Positions 63,469 through 64,000 of a stretch of 64,000 bases of DNA are shown piece after piece. The notes beneath the pieces are model-generated. The model was given only the letters and a program-made list of their open reading frames with translations, did no database searches and was not told the DNA's origin. Each line of letters opens with the position of its first letter. Position 1 is the stretch's first letter. The stretch lies in assembly GCA_051362555.1 (NCBI GenBank), contig CM120642.1:26598001-26662000 (forward strand). Direction: 5' to 3'. The DNA is from Lingula anatina. Its lineage: Eukaryota > Animalia > Brachiopoda. The position numbers were made by a program, and so were the translations under genes.

Positions 63469-64000
63469 ATTGAACAAACATAACTTTCAACAACAACAAC
63501 AGCAAATTTAAAATAAAATAGACCTACTTAATTTAACAAATTATTTCCTGAAATTTGGTGCTTTTTGACACTTTTTTTAAACTGCTGAATAATAATGGCT
63601 GGCAATTCTACTCACATCATTCTCATTTTTTCTACATCTCTACATGCACTTACTCCTATCTCTTTAGCTCTCTGGTTTATGACTTGTAAAGAATCTCCTG
63701 GCTGGGGAACTGTAACTGCTGGGCAACCAGGCTGGATATTAGATGGAAATGTTGCAAGGCTTCATTCATTAACATGGCCAAAAGCAAGTCTTCAATATTG
63801 TAAATTGAAATTGTACTCTTTGAATACAAGGTAAAGAAAATATACCCCAAACCCAAATAATTTCAACCATTTCTTACAGGAAACTTATGGCAGTTGAAAG
63901 GCTTAGGATGATAACAAATTACTACCATTCTTTAATAGCCAACAATAGAGCAGTATTTGTAATATGTCCATAAATTCCCTACTGTGATTTTAATATTTAA

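Noticed and set aside
63317-63511. ORF with poly-Lys/poly-Gln
   Set aside because: Translation of an intronic poly-A run and (CAA)n repeat.

Overview
AT-rich, intron-containing metazoan genomic DNA, most likely from a marine invertebrate (a lophotrochozoan is inferred, not shown). Eight protein-coding genes could be reconstructed by hand from GT-AG boundaries: (1) an EGF + TOM1/GPR137-like 7TM + RING-CH(MARCH-type) + 2TM fusion protein (+); (2) PRPF38B (-), with a structured candidate poison exon; (3) an intronless 740-aa multipass membrane protein (-); (4) a Cys-loop/nAChR-like subunit (-) with TWO tandem extracellular domains spliced in frame, an AChBP/alpha-like domain with a complete principal-face aromatic set stacked on a degenerate domain that carries the channel; (5,6) the head-to-head Surfeit pair MED22 (-) and RPL7A (+), whose introns host 2x U24, 1x U36 and, unexpectedly, 2x U14 C/D snoRNAs; (7) RABL6 (-); (8) the 3' part of FPGS (-). 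Other elements: a 2.3-kb higher-order repeat made of tandem exon/intron-like units with a nested variable 52-bp minisatellite, a Harbinger derivative with a Myb/SANT ORF, and several MITEs/HINE. The double-ECD ligand-gated channel is the most striking item. All homology calls rest on recognised motifs, not database searches.
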